The notes: generated by a model not told the origin, from the letters alone. Counted from the stretch's first letter, positions 35,052-44,969 are shown. The stretch is DNA of 64,000 bases from Candidatus Tayloriibacteriota bacterium (GCA_009694955.1 SIBZ01000001.1:63-64062); one strand, 5' to 3'. Made by a program: numbers and translations.

Positions 35052-35452
35052 ATAAAAACCCCAGACACGAAAAGTGTGCCTGGGGTAAGGAATTGTTCAT
35101 GCGAGCTGGGGTCGCACTAGTGCTTGCGCACAGATTCCTTCTTTGTTCTGCAGACTGCTGCAGTCAGTGGGACTAGTACAGGCCAACAGTTGTACTAGGA
35201 GTTAGGTTTTTGGACAAGCATTTCCCGGGTTTTCTTGGGGAAGAGAAAACTTTAATCCCAAAAGTCTTCCTTATAAAGAATCCGGTGAGTACAAGTTGCA
35301 AAGCATAGTGCCAGTGCGAAAAGGTACGTCCTGCAGGATTACATAAGAAGCAGAAAGTGTCAAGTCTGTTTAGCTTCTTGGCAGAAATAGGGCTAAATGT
35401 CTGAGTAATCAACCTCTTCTGCTAACATTGGAAGTAATTCAGGGAGTTGTAG

Positions 35453-36616
35453 GTGTATATGAAAACAATCGCAGTCATTTTTGGAGGAAGAAGCGCGGAG
35501 CATGATGTCTCCATCATCACTGCGCATATTCCGATTATAGATTCACTTAAGGCGACCGGTAATTTTGATATTTGGCCGGTGTATATCACGAAAGAAGGGG
35601 ATTGGTACGCCGATAAAGCCATGAACGACATGGCATTTTTCAAACAGCCTAATTACGAAGCTGTTTTGAGGAAGCAGAAAAAGATTCAACTTTCTTTTGA
35701 TAATGGACTTACACTAATCTGGCCAGGGCTTCGGAATAAAAAGGTAAAGATAGATGTCGTGTTCCCCTCAATGCACGGCACGTACGGTGAGGACGGTTCG
35801 CTTATGGGGCTCCTTCGTATGGCTAAAGTTCCGTTTGTCGGTTGTGACATGGCCGCTTCTGCCGTAGCGATGGATAAAGCATTCACCAAACAGATACTTG
35901 AGCACGAAGGCGTATCCGTCGTGCCATTTGTCGTATTCACCAAAACCGATTACGAGAAAGACAAAAAGCCGTTTCTCGAAAAAATCGCGAAGCTCAACTA
36001 TCCGTTATTTGTTAAGCCGGTACACCTTGGTTCCAGCATCGGTATCACAAAGGTAAAAGATGTCGCACAGCTTGAAAACGCGATTGAAGTTGCACTGCAC
36101 TATGACGACAAGGTTTTGGTGGAGGAAGGAGTGGAGAATCTTATCGAGGTGACGCTTCCCATCATCGGTAACGACGAGCTAAAGCTTGCGTCGGTTGAGC
36201 GGCCGCTCAACAAAAGCGAGCTCTTTGATTTCAATGCCAAATATCTCTCAGGCGGCGGCAAGAAGAGCGGGGGAGTGAACAATGCCTACAGCGAGATTCC
36301 TGCGAGTATCGGTGACGAGTTGACGAGAGAAGTGCAGGAGCTGGGTAAGAAAACCTACAAAATCCTCGGTTGTGCCGGCATCGCCCGTGTTGATTTTCTT
36401 ATTGACGGCTCGACTAAAAAAGTATTCGTGAACGAAGTGAACCTTCTCCCCGGCAGCCTCTATGCGCACAACTGGAAAAAGTCCGGCGTCTCGGGTGTAG
36501 AACTCGTCACGAAACTCATCGCGCTCGCCGAAGAGCGCTTCGCCGCCGAACAAAAACTCACCCACACCTTCTCCTCCGATATTCTCACCAAAGTCGGTGG
36601 TCCTAAGGTGCAATAA
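35453..36616 (+). CDS. ddl: D-alanine--D-alanine ligase
   Basis: MKTIAVIFGGRSAEHDVSIITA... N-terminus, an ATP-grasp core and a 387-aa length. Confidence 0.9.
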   Translation: MYMKTIAVIFGGRSAEHDVSIITAHIPIIDSLKATGNFDIWPVYITKEGDWYADKAMNDMAFFKQPNYEAVLRKQKKIQLSFDNGLTLIWPGLRNKKVKIDVVFPSMHGTYGEDGSLMGLLRMAKVPFVGCDMAASAVAMDKAFTKQILEHEGVSVVPFVVFTKTDYEKDKKPFLEKIAKLNYPLFVKPVHLGSSIGITKVKDVAQLENAIEVALHYDDKVLVEEGVENLIEVTLPIIGNDELKLASVERPLNKSELFDFNAKYLSGGGKKSGGVNNAYSEIPASIGDELTREVQELGKKTYKILGCAGIARVDFLIDGSTKKVFVNEVNLLPGSLYAHNWKKSGVSGVELVTKLIALAEERFAAEQKLTHTFSSDILTKVGGPKVQ

Positions 36617-36638
36617 CTGTCCCGTCTCTCCTTTCCGA

Positions 36639-37349
36639 CTATGCGATATTCCAGATCAGAGCTCCTGGAGTGGCGTGTTCTTTCACGAACCGCCAGATTT
36701 TGGAATCGTACCACGGTGAAGAAGGGTAGGGAGGAGGAAGTTCCGCTCTATTGAATGGTTTTTCCGGCACTTTGTAAATGGTTCCGGCCATTTTTGCATC
36801 CGGCATCATGCCCAGATTTACCGTATTGATTTTTGCGTTTGGCCACGCTTTTGTAAGACATCTTGAAGTTGTCCCTGACCCGCCCGCGACCCACACCTCC
36901 TTTGGAGATATTGGGAGGGACTTTGCTAGAGCAATTAAATGTCTTGTAAATGAGGGATAGTCAAAACCAATCGGTATGAAATACGCACCATTTTTCTTTG
37001 CATATTCTCGGGCAATCGTCACCAAATCTTTCTGATGAGAGACTTCGTCAATAATGTTGCAGGTTACATTATTAAGAGATTTTGTTTTGGTATAGATACA
37101 GGTATCCACTTCCGGTCCCGAAAAGAACAACGTTACCTTTTTGTTGTGGTAAAGACCCGCAAGTCCAAGTGCGTACCCCGAATGCCCGTAGGCATGAGCC
37201 GCGTAAACCACCTCGCCCTTTTTTATTTCCGAAAATACTTCAGCTATACATTTTGCTTTAATGCCGCCGGGAAGTAAATCGCCCCGTACCACGAGGAAAT
37301 CCTCGTGGTTTTGAAGTATAAGGTCGGGCAGTTTGGTGTTACGGTTCAT
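36639..37349 (-). CDS. Divergent, short PLP-dependent fold-type-II enzyme-like protein (ACC deaminase/D-cysteine desulfhydrase family resemblance); function uncertain
   Basis: Motifs LPGGIKAKC (compare GGNKxRK), HAYGHSG (compare SNH) and VAGGSGTTS (compare GSGGT). The start is trimmed to the Met at 37349 to avoid an 89-nt overlap with the upstream cupin gene. Confidence 0.4.
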   Translation of the reverse strand: MNRNTKLPDLILQNHEDFLVVRGDLLPGGIKAKCIAEVFSEIKKGEVVYAAHAYGHSGYALGLAGLYHNKKVTLFFSGPEVDTCIYTKTKSLNNVTCNIIDEVSHQKDLVTIAREYAKKNGAYFIPIGFDYPSFTRHLIALAKSLPISPKEVWVAGGSGTTSRCLTKAWPNAKINTVNLGMMPDAKMAGTIYKVPEKPFNRAELPPPYPSSPWYDSKIWRFVKEHATPGALIWNIA

Positions 37350-37359
37350 AGCTGAGGGA

Positions 37360-37773
37360 TTAAGCAACGATATCAAGTCGCTTTTCACTGTCGGCCGGTT
37401 GATGGTCGTTGCCGATGGCGACCAATACCAACTCGGTGATTGCCTCAATGGCGTGGGGGATGTTTGAAGGAACGAGATATATCATTCCTTCAAACATATC
37501 AAATTTATTTTTGCCGTAGATTAAGACACCACGGCCTTTGGTTACCATAAGTATGTGAGCACCGATATGCGTATGCAGTCCTACGCCTTTGCCCCCCGCG
37601 AATCGGATAATATCGGCTCCAAACCGGTGTTCGGTGGAGTCATCAAGTACCAAAGGGAGAGCGGTTCCATCACTGTGCTGCATTTTGACCGGCTGTTCTC
37701 CCTCTATTGATTTAAGCTGACCGATTTCCTGATTAAAGTTTGCCCATCTCGCCTGTTTGAATTGATAATTCAT
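37360..37773 (-). CDS. Cupin-domain protein
   Basis: GVGLHTHIGAHILMVTKGRGVLIYG...IPHAIEA is a cupin metal-binding motif pair. Confidence 0.6.
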   Translation of the reverse strand: MNYQFKQARWANFNQEIGQLKSIEGEQPVKMQHSDGTALPLVLDDSTEHRFGADIIRFAGGKGVGLHTHIGAHILMVTKGRGVLIYGKNKFDMFEGMIYLVPSNIPHAIEAITELVLVAIGNDHQPADSEKRLDIVA

Positions 37774-37893
37774 ATTTTTTCTTGCATCTTCTTGTAATGG
37801 TTACCACGATACGTTTTGAAGAACGAGTGGCAAACAGGACTCGCGAGTGGTAGTTACCACCTTTACAAATCCACGGCCTTATGTATAATCATT

Positions 37894-37962
37894 CTGTCAT
37901 TCCACTGAAAAGTGGAATCCAGAGAAAGTAAGACTAGATTCCCGCCTACGCGGGAATGACAG
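37894..37962. repeat. Compound hairpin repeat of the GTCATTCC-N8-GGAATGAC family (ctgtcattccactgaaaagtggaatccag...attcccgcctacgcgggaatgacag)
   Basis: Other family members are at 6970..6999 and 51989..52015. The ATTCC(C)-N8-(G)GGAAT cores resemble neisserial dRS3-type repeats. Confidence 0.7.
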
Positions 37963-37979
37963 GCTAATTAGAAAAACTT

Positions 37980-38735
37980 ATGGACCATCAAGAGCTGCTT
38001 CAGTCGCTTGGGTTATCGAAGAACGAGGCCAAGATATATGAAACCCTGCTTCGGCAGGGCGAGGTTGGCGTGGGTGTTATCTCGGAGAAATCCGGCGTAC
38101 ATCGTCGGAATGTGTACGATTCCCTTAATCGCCTTATGGAAAAGGGTCTTGTGTTTGAGGTTGTTGAGTCGGTAGAGAACAAATATCAGGCGTGCGAACC
38201 GAAGAAACTGACGGAAATCGTCATCGAGAAACTTGAGGCAGTTGATAAAGCACTACCGGAACTGGAAAAACTCCACTTCAGCACACCGTCCACTTATCGC
38301 GTACACACATACCGCGGCAAGGAAGGTTGGAAGCAATATATGCGCGATATCATCAAGACTGGCGAGCCGTTTTACTCCATCGGCGCGCAGGGAGCATGGC
38401 TTGATGAACGGGTAAAGTCGTTTATTCCGGCGTTTCTGCAACAATTAAAAACAAAAAAGATACCGATGCATCATTTGTTTGATTCCGACGTGAAGGCAAG
38501 CAACCATCCCATTCTCAAAGAGGTGGGGAAAGACTATAAATTCCTGCCGAAAAAGTACGCGACCACCTCCGGCGTTGATATCTTCGGGGACCATGTGAAC
38601 ATCATGCATCATCAATATCTTGGTCAAGTCGGCACCGACGACGAAATCACCTTTACTGTTATTGTGAACAAAAATCTCGCCGACTCCTTTCGCACGTGGT
38701 TCCAGTACATGTGGGACATGTGCCCAAGAAATTAG
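37980..38735 (+). CDS. TrmB-family transcriptional regulator (paralog 1)
   Basis: N-terminal TrmB wHTH (LGLSKNEAKIYETLLRQGEVGVGVISEKSGVHRRNVYDSLNRLMEKGLV). The C-terminus ends ...FRTWFQYMWDMCPRN. Confidence 0.7.
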   Translation: MDHQELLQSLGLSKNEAKIYETLLRQGEVGVGVISEKSGVHRRNVYDSLNRLMEKGLVFEVVESVENKYQACEPKKLTEIVIEKLEAVDKALPELEKLHFSTPSTYRVHTYRGKEGWKQYMRDIIKTGEPFYSIGAQGAWLDERVKSFIPAFLQQLKTKKIPMHHLFDSDVKASNHPILKEVGKDYKFLPKKYATTSGVDIFGDHVNIMHHQYLGQVGTDDEITFTVIVNKNLADSFRTWFQYMWDMCPRN

Positions 38736-38817
38736 TGCCGATCTTCCGTCTTGCGCGGACTAGCTATAAGCTCCTCTTTACTTAAGTAAAGAGGAGCTCC
38801 ATGCCGTCGAAGATGAC

Positions 38818-39561
38818 TTAATTCGCGCAGTGGTCCCACATGAATTTAAACCAAGTGCGGTAACATTCTGCCAGCTCTTTATTCACAATCACAATAAGCG
38901 TGACATCCTCCGTTATGTTTTTTAGAGTGAGTCCGGAAAAAGTCACGATATGGTCCCCGAATATATCAATCGCGCCCGTAGTCGAATACGCGGGCGGTAA
39001 AAACCGGTGAGGTTTACCAAGTGCCCTGAGGAGCTCAGGAGCGAATTTTTTTACCTCATAGTCAAAGATGTGGTGATATTTTATTTTTTTCTTGGCTGCG
39101 CTCTCCAAAAACTTTTCAATAAAGGGTTGGAGGTCTTTATCAAACCAGCCACCTTTTGCTCCGACAAAGTACACATCTTCTCCAGCTGTTAAAATGTCCC
39201 GCAAATAATTTTTGAAACCCTCCGAGCCTTTGTAAATATATACCGCTTCATTGGTAGTGGCTTTTTCGAATTGGCTCGTAAGGGCGGGGAGGATCTGTCT
39301 CAACTTTTCCGCCTTCTCCCAAAGCAAATCTTTAAGCTTGTTTGGTTCAACGGGGGCGTATTTCTTCTCTTTTGCTCCCGCTATCTGGTAGATAAGCCCT
39401 TTTCGCATGAGCTTGGGAATAATGTCGTAAATATTGCGCTTGTGCACCCCTATTTTAAGGGAGATTTCGGGTACGGAAGAGACGCCAATATCAAGTAGGC
39501 CTTCATAAATCTTTGCTTCGTTCGGGGATAGCCCAATTTCTTGAAGTGTTTCTTTGTACAT
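38818..39561 (-). CDS. TrmB-family transcriptional regulator (paralog 2)
   Basis: MYKETLQEIGLSPNEAKIYEGLLDIG...; the C-terminus ends ...YRTWFKFMWDHCAN. The start was chosen by alignment to paralog 1; the ORF track extends it to 39594. Confidence 0.7.
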   Translation of the reverse strand: MYKETLQEIGLSPNEAKIYEGLLDIGVSSVPEISLKIGVHKRNIYDIIPKLMRKGLIYQIAGAKEKKYAPVEPNKLKDLLWEKAEKLRQILPALTSQFEKATTNEAVYIYKGSEGFKNYLRDILTAGEDVYFVGAKGGWFDKDLQPFIEKFLESAAKKKIKYHHIFDYEVKKFAPELLRALGKPHRFLPPAYSTTGAIDIFGDHIVTFSGLTLKNITEDVTLIVIVNKELAECYRTWFKFMWDHCAN

Positions 39562-39650
39562 AGTGTCTAGTGGTGGTATTTGCCACTCACTCACTATTCT
39601 ATATCATTTTACGCAAAAGGCAACCTTTATGCCTTTTAGTCAATAAAGAT

Positions 39651-41162
39651 ATGGAAAAACTACTCACTTTAACGCCCACACAAGGCTATATTTTGCTAGG
39701 AGTCTATGGTGCCTTTATGATTGCGATTACCTACTTTTTCGCACGGTGGAAGCGGTATCGGAGCATTCAGGGGTTTCTTGTCGCCGAACGAAATGTCAGT
39801 TGGTGGCTCGGAGCGACAAGTATCGCGGCGTCCTGGATATGGGCGCCTGCGCTCTTTGTTTCGGTTCAATCGGCATATCAGCAGGGTCTCGCCGGTATTT
39901 TTTGGTTCACCGTCCCGAATGTCCTCGCGTTACTTCTCTATATTTTTCTCGCTCCGCGTATTCGCGAGAAAATGCCCTTTGGCTACACACTGCCGCAGTG
40001 GATACGGTTTCGCTTGCAGAGCGAACGAGTACATAAGATGTATTTATTCCCTTATTTTTTCTATCAGCTTATGGCTGTGGCGGTTCAGCTTTTTGCGGGA
40101 GGCCACCTCGTCTCGTTTCTCACCGGAATCCCATTCATAAACGCGATGCTTATTATGGCGCTTACGGTACTCATCTACGCATTCATTTCTGGACTCGAGT
40201 CTTCCTTTGTTACTGACTTTATACAATTCATTCTCATTATCCTCGGCGTCGTTATTGTGGTGCCGTGGGCGATATCAGCGGCGGGAGGCTGGTCCGCGGT
40301 AAGCGCTGGACTTGGCGGGGTCACAGGGGAGTTTAGGAATATGTTTGACCCGGGCGTTGCTCTCTCATTCGGTATCGTAACCGCTATCGGCCTTATCTCC
40401 GGTGCCATCTCCGACCAGCAATATTGGCAACGCGCTTTTGCGATCAAGAAAAATAATCTGGTACCCTCATTCATATTTGGGGCGATTATGTTCGGAATTA
40501 TCCCGGTTGCGCTTTCGGTTCTCGGATTTCTGGCGGCGAATAGCGGTTTAGGAATCACACTTCCGGCCGGAACCGATGTGTCGCTTATTGGAGTGGCTAC
40601 CGTAAGCGCGCTCCTTCCCGTAAGCGCCATCGCACTCTATGTGATTATGCTCTTAAGCGCCCTGTATTCCACGTTGGATTCGGGCATCGTTGCTGCCAGC
40701 TCGCTCTATGTTACCGATGTCGTGAAGTATACGGATAGGGAAAAAAATATCTTGCAAAAAATCGATAAAAATGAACCGCTCACTTCTGACGAGGAGAATA
40801 TTGGAAATGCCCTTGATACTAGGGGAGTGAAGCATTCAAGAAAGGCAATGGTTTGGATTACTATTTCCGGTTTATTGGTGGCGCTTGCCGCGAACTACAT
40901 TCCGGGATTTGGCCTCAAGCACTTATGGTGGATATTTAATACGGTCGCGGCATGCGTCGTGGTACCGACCGTCTTAAGTCTTTACTGGAGCCGACTGGAC
41001 GCCCGCGGAGTATTTTGGGGAGTACTGGTTGCCTTCGTGTTCGGTGTCCCCCTCTTTATCTACGGAAACGTGGTTGATAAACCAATCTGGATTGTCGGAG
41101 CATCGCTCTTCATCATCGCGGTCAGTACCGGATTTTGTTTGGCATTTCCTCGAAAAATCTAA
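39651..41162 (+). CDS. Sodium:solute symporter (SSS) family transporter
   Basis: 13 predicted TM helices and an SSS-like N-terminus (...FFARWKRYRSIQGFLVAERNVSWWLGATSIAASWIWAPALF...). Confidence 0.85.
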   Translation: MEKLLTLTPTQGYILLGVYGAFMIAITYFFARWKRYRSIQGFLVAERNVSWWLGATSIAASWIWAPALFVSVQSAYQQGLAGIFWFTVPNVLALLLYIFLAPRIREKMPFGYTLPQWIRFRLQSERVHKMYLFPYFFYQLMAVAVQLFAGGHLVSFLTGIPFINAMLIMALTVLIYAFISGLESSFVTDFIQFILIILGVVIVVPWAISAAGGWSAVSAGLGGVTGEFRNMFDPGVALSFGIVTAIGLISGAISDQQYWQRAFAIKKNNLVPSFIFGAIMFGIIPVALSVLGFLAANSGLGITLPAGTDVSLIGVATVSALLPVSAIALYVIMLLSALYSTLDSGIVAASSLYVTDVVKYTDREKNILQKIDKNEPLTSDEENIGNALDTRGVKHSRKAMVWITISGLLVALAANYIPGFGLKHLWWIFNTVAACVVVPTVLSLYWSRLDARGVFWGVLVAFVFGVPLFIYGNVVDKPIWIVGASLFIIAVSTGFCLAFPRKI

Positions 41163-41182
41163 CAGGGACTTCGTTGTAGAGG

Positions 41183-41244
41183 ATCTCGCCGACTCATTTC
41201 GCACGTGGTTCCAGTACATGTGGGATATGTGTCCGAAAAATTAG
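41183..41244 (+). repeat. 62-bp direct repeat of the 3' end of the TrmB paralog-1 gene (38674..38735), with 5 mismatches. In frame it encodes ...LADSFRTWFQYMWDMCPKN.
   Basis: Direct DNA comparison: atctcgccgactcMtttcgcacgtggttccagtacatgtgggaYatgtgYccRaRaaattag. Confidence 0.85.
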
Positions 41245-41285
41245 GCCGTTGACGGTGGTGTATCTATCGTATATACTATGTGTAT

Positions 41286-41585
41286 ATGAAGACTATCATC
41301 AATATCAAGGCTGACAGAGATATCAAGATTAAAGCGCAGAAGGTGGCGAAGCAGCTCGGCGTACCGCTTTCGCTCGTGATTAACAACTACTTGCGCGATT
41401 TCGTGCGCACGAAAGAGGTCCATTTCTCGCTTCGCGACTCCTTGCCTCTTGGCAAGCCCGAGGGAGTGCTTAAGCCCGCTGTGGCCCGCCGTCTCGCACG
41501 GATACACAAGGATATTGTGGAGGGAAAAAATCTCGTTGGCCCGTTCAACTCTGCGAAAGAAGCGATTTCCTATTTGCGAAGCTGA
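41286..41585 (+). CDS. DinJ/RelB-family antitoxin
   Basis: MKTIINIKADRDIKIKAQKVAKQLGVPLSLVINNYLRDFVRTKEV... fits the DinJ ribbon-helix-helix pattern. Its stop overlaps the toxin start (tgATGc). Confidence 0.75.
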   Translation: MKTIINIKADRDIKIKAQKVAKQLGVPLSLVINNYLRDFVRTKEVHFSLRDSLPLGKPEGVLKPAVARRLARIHKDIVEGKNLVGPFNSAKEAISYLRS

Positions 41586-41845
41586 TGCGCATAGATTTTC
41601 ACCGCACATTCAAGAAGCAATACAAGAGAGCTCCCGCCAAAATTCGGGAGCAGTTTAACGAACGACTCCAATTGTTTGAAGACAACCCCTTCCATCCTCT
41701 TTTGGTTAATCACGCGCTTGGAGGTGACCGACTGGGCAAGTGGAGTATCAACATCACCGGCAATTGGCGGGCGTTGTATGAGTTTCAGAACGCAGAAACA
41801 ATTATTTTTGCCGAAATCGGCACACATCCTCAATTGTATGGATAA
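41585..41845 (+). CDS. YafQ/RelE-family mRNA-interferase toxin
   Basis: ...NHALGGDRLGKWSINITGNWRALYEF.NAETIIFAEIGTHPQLY matches the YafQ pattern (DHPLQG.W.G.R..H...DW.LIY....L.F.RTGTH..LF). Confidence 0.75.
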   Translation: MRIDFHRTFKKQYKRAPAKIREQFNERLQLFEDNPFHPLLVNHALGGDRLGKWSINITGNWRALYEFQNAETIIFAEIGTHPQLYG

Positions 41846-41896
41846 CATTCCAACATTCTGCAGAATGTCAGAATAATAATTCTGTGGCCTAATTGT

Positions 41897-42511
41897 ATGG
41901 ATCAAAAGACCGCGATACGACAATTGAAAGAGTTGGAACGGCTGGGAGGAGTGAAAAAGATGCGGCTGGCGGCGGAGGGGTGGAGGGAGGAGTGGCAGAC
42001 GCTTATTTCAATACTCATGTCCGCGCGGACGCGCGATGAGGTGACGGTCATTGTGGCTGAGAATCTGTTCGCGGAATTTAGCACCCTTGATGCAATCGGC
42101 AAGGCAAACCCGCGCGATATCTCGAGAGTCATCGGACCGGTCAATTTCTTTCAGAATAAGACGAAGTATGTGATTGCGATTTCCAAGATCCTGCATGAAA
42201 AGCATGGTGGTAAACCGCCGCGCACCATTGAAGAGCTGATTACGCTTCCCGGTGTTGGCCGTAAGACCGCCAATGTGTTTCTCGCGGAGTACGGTGCGGA
42301 CGCAATTGGTGTGGACACGCATGTTTCCTATATTTCGCAAAAGCTTGGGTGGACGAGTCACACCGACCCCGACAAGATTGAGCAGGATTTACTCATGCTG
42401 TTTCCGCAAGCACAGTGGCGAGAACTTAACTCAACGCTGGTGCGTTTCGGGAAGACCTATCAGAGTAGGATAGAGAAAAACAGGTTGTTGGAGAAAATAG
42501 GAAAAATATAA
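41897..42511 (+). CDS. HhH-GPD DNA glycosylase, endonuclease III-like, without an Fe-S cluster loop
   Basis: LITLPGVGRKTANVFLAEYGADAIGVDTHVSYISQKLGW is an HhH-GPD motif with the catalytic Asp. There are no C-terminal cysteines. Confidence 0.8.
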   Translation: MDQKTAIRQLKELERLGGVKKMRLAAEGWREEWQTLISILMSARTRDEVTVIVAENLFAEFSTLDAIGKANPRDISRVIGPVNFFQNKTKYVIAISKILHEKHGGKPPRTIEELITLPGVGRKTANVFLAEYGADAIGVDTHVSYISQKLGWTSHTDPDKIEQDLLMLFPQAQWRELNSTLVRFGKTYQSRIEKNRLLEKIGKI

Positions 42512-42564
42512 ACACCACCACCCCGTCCCGCCGACGGGACACCCCTCCTCAACTGAGGAGGGGA
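42512..42564. repeat. 53-bp double-hairpin repeat (acaccaccaccccgtcccgccgacgggacacccctcctcaactgaggagggga), 100% identical to 46997..47049
   Basis: Hairpins gtcccg-ccga-cgggac and cccctcctc-aactg-aggagggg. Diverged relatives are at 51897..51950 and 56432..56476. Confidence 0.85.
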
Positions 42565-42601
42565 GGAAGAAGCAGAAAAAAGTTGATTTTTTCGGAGAAA
42601 G

Positions 42602-42904
42602 ATGCTACGATATGTTTTTGGAGACTCCTGCAGGTCCTTCATAGAAAATCCCAATGATTTTCTACAAGGGAGAAAGGTTCATGTCGAAACCTCCTCCTTC
42701 CTTGTACTTATCCATGGCGCAAATGCTATGGGAATTTTTCAAGCGATAGGACTCGCGCTCGTCATTATTGTTCTTAGAGTGTTGGTTCCCGAGATTTGGA
42801 ACGCGCTTGAACACACAGCGCTTTCCATCCTCACTACCGCCGGTATGCTTGTAGACCATCTGCAAGCTTCCATCGGTACACTCACGTTCCCGCCAGCACT
42901 CTAG
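42602..42904 (+). CDS. Hypothetical small hydrophobic protein (100 aa)
   Basis: The ORF is followed immediately by a strong terminator (42909..42947: aggccgaagacatttgtcttcggcct + tttcctttt). Confidence 0.35.
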   Translation: MLRYVFGDSCRSFIENPNDFLQGRKVHVETSSFLVLIHGANAMGIFQAIGLALVIIVLRVLVPEIWNALEHTALSILTTAGMLVDHLQASIGTLTFPPAL

Positions 42905-43001
42905 AAACAGGCCGAAGACATTTGTCTTCGGCCTCGTGTTTCCTTTTGCCCTCAGTCTGAAAGAGGGTATACTTTACGGATAGTCAGTTAATTTCGCTCC
43001 T

Positions 43002-44939
43002 ATGTACTACGGTGGATTTTCATTATTTTGGGTCATCGTGTTCGCGGTTGCGGTTATCTATCTGAACGGCAAGATAAACCGCCTCGCTTCCCGCTTGGAT
43101 AAAGCGGAAAAGAAAGAACCTGTGCGTCCTTCAGCGCCAGCAACGGCTCCGTCGCTTGCCGATATCGCTTCTTCATTCTCCGTCGAGAGCGGAACAGCTC
43201 CCACGGCTCCCGCTGTCGTAGGACCTCTCGAGAAGGCGCTTACAACCGATGACGCGTTCAAAACAAAGGTGGATGGTGAAGAGAAGGGTGGCCAGTGGCT
43301 CGGGAAAATCGGTGTCGCTGCCATCGTGCTCGGTGCCTCGTTCTTCCTTAGGTGGGCATTCGACAACAACCTGATTGGTCCGATGGGGCGGGTGATGCTC
43401 GGCGTCATCGGCGGTATGACATTCGTGGTTATTGGACAGTTCCTCCGCAAGAAATATCTCGTATACTCCGACATCGTGACAGGAGGCGGTATCGCCATTT
43501 TGTATCTCTCTATTTTCGCGGCGTTCGCGTTCTATCACTTCATCGGACAGGAGATTGCGATGGTGCTTATGTTCTTCGTGACCACGCTTTCGGTGACACT
43601 CTCGGTAATCGGCGGGACGCAACAGCTCGCCGTACTCGGCATTATCGGCGGTTTTTTGACGCCGGTTCTCGTTTCTACCGGAGAGAATAATTTCGGCGGA
43701 CTGATGAGCTATCTTGTCGTACTCGACATCGGCATCCTCATTGTCGCCATCTTCAAGAAATGGACACGGCTCAACCTGCTCGGTTTCATTGGAACGGTGC
43801 TTCTTTCTTTCGGGTGGTTCGCGAACTTTTATGCCGCGAAAGACCTGCCGAAAGTGTTTCTTGTCCTGACGCTCTTCTTTGTCATCTACCTCATCGCAGG
43901 TATCGTGCATAATGTCCTCTGGAAGAAACAGTCAAAAGGCGAAGATTTGTTCCTTATTACCTGTACCGCGGCTTTCTACGCGCTCGGCTCCTACACGATT
44001 CTGAATCCCGACTACCACAGCGTGATGGGCTTCTTTATGTTCTTCCTCTCCGTATTCTATTTCGCCATTGCGTATGTCGCCTACAGGATGAATCCGGAAG
44101 ACAAGACACTCAATCTGTATCTCCCTGGCATCGCCATTGTCTTTCTTACGCTTGCGATGCCCATCCAGTTTTCGGGGAAGTGGATTACACTCGCGTGGCT
44201 TATCGAAGCGGCGCTTCTTATCGGAGCGGGGAGTCTGGTTCGCCGGCATAGTATGAACGTCTTTGGCCTGATTGTGTTCGGAATCGGACTCATCAGACTC
44301 TTCATGTTTGATATGTACATACCGGATATCAGTACGTATCTCCCTGTATTCAACTCGCGGTTCTTCCTCACGCTCGTCGCGATTATCGTCGCCTACTTTA
44401 CCGGTTTTATGTTTTTGCAACACCTTGGTGATGGCGACGACAAAGGAAGAAAAGAAGGAGCCATCGCTTTCTTTGTGATTGCAAATCTACTTTCGCTCTT
44501 CATCCTGACATCCGAGATTAACGCTCACTATGCCAAGTCGATTCAGAACGAACAGAAACGGTTTGGCATTGAACGGACCGGTTTCTACGACAACGGCGGA
44601 GGAGAGCTCAGCGAGCGCACGCAGAACGAATTCAGGCAGAAAGAAGATGCGTTCTACAAAGCACAGCGCTCGACGCAAAACAGAAGGAATACAGTCGTTT
44701 CAATCGCGTGGGCATTCTACGCGGTCGCGCTCACCGCAGTCGGATTTGGCGCGAAGCGCCGGCTGATGCGCCTCCTCGGACTTGCCCTCTTCTTCATTAC
44801 CGCGTTCAAAGTGCTGATTGACGTGTGGGCGCTCGGCGAAGTCTACCGGATTATTTCGTCTATCAGCTTCGGCGTCATCGCGCTCCTGGTTTCGTTCGTG
44901 TACGCAAAGTGGAGACACCGATTACAAGAGGTACTTTAG
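43002..44939 (+). CDS. Polytopic membrane protein resembling the DUF2339 family
   Basis: An N-terminal coiled segment, then about 16 TM helices over 645 aa. The next gene has DUF3999-like architecture; the two families commonly occur as a pair. Confidence 0.55.
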   Translation: MYYGGFSLFWVIVFAVAVIYLNGKINRLASRLDKAEKKEPVRPSAPATAPSLADIASSFSVESGTAPTAPAVVGPLEKALTTDDAFKTKVDGEEKGGQWLGKIGVAAIVLGASFFLRWAFDNNLIGPMGRVMLGVIGGMTFVVIGQFLRKKYLVYSDIVTGGGIAILYLSIFAAFAFYHFIGQEIAMVLMFFVTTLSVTLSVIGGTQQLAVLGIIGGFLTPVLVSTGENNFGGLMSYLVVLDIGILIVAIFKKWTRLNLLGFIGTVLLSFGWFANFYAAKDLPKVFLVLTLFFVIYLIAGIVHNVLWKKQSKGEDLFLITCTAAFYALGSYTILNPDYHSVMGFFMFFLSVFYFAIAYVAYRMNPEDKTLNLYLPGIAIVFLTLAMPIQFSGKWITLAWLIEAALLIGAGSLVRRHSMNVFGLIVFGIGLIRLFMFDMYIPDISTYLPVFNSRFFLTLVAIIVAYFTGFMFLQHLGDGDDKGRKEGAIAFFVIANLLSLFILTSEINAHYAKSIQNEQKRFGIERTGFYDNGGGELSERTQNEFRQKEDAFYKAQRSTQNRRNTVVSIAWAFYAVALTAVGFGAKRRLMRLLGLALFFITAFKVLIDVWALGEVYRIISSISFGVIALLVSFVYAKWRHRLQEVL

Positions 44940-44969
44940 GATGGAATTAAGAATTAGGAATAACGAATT

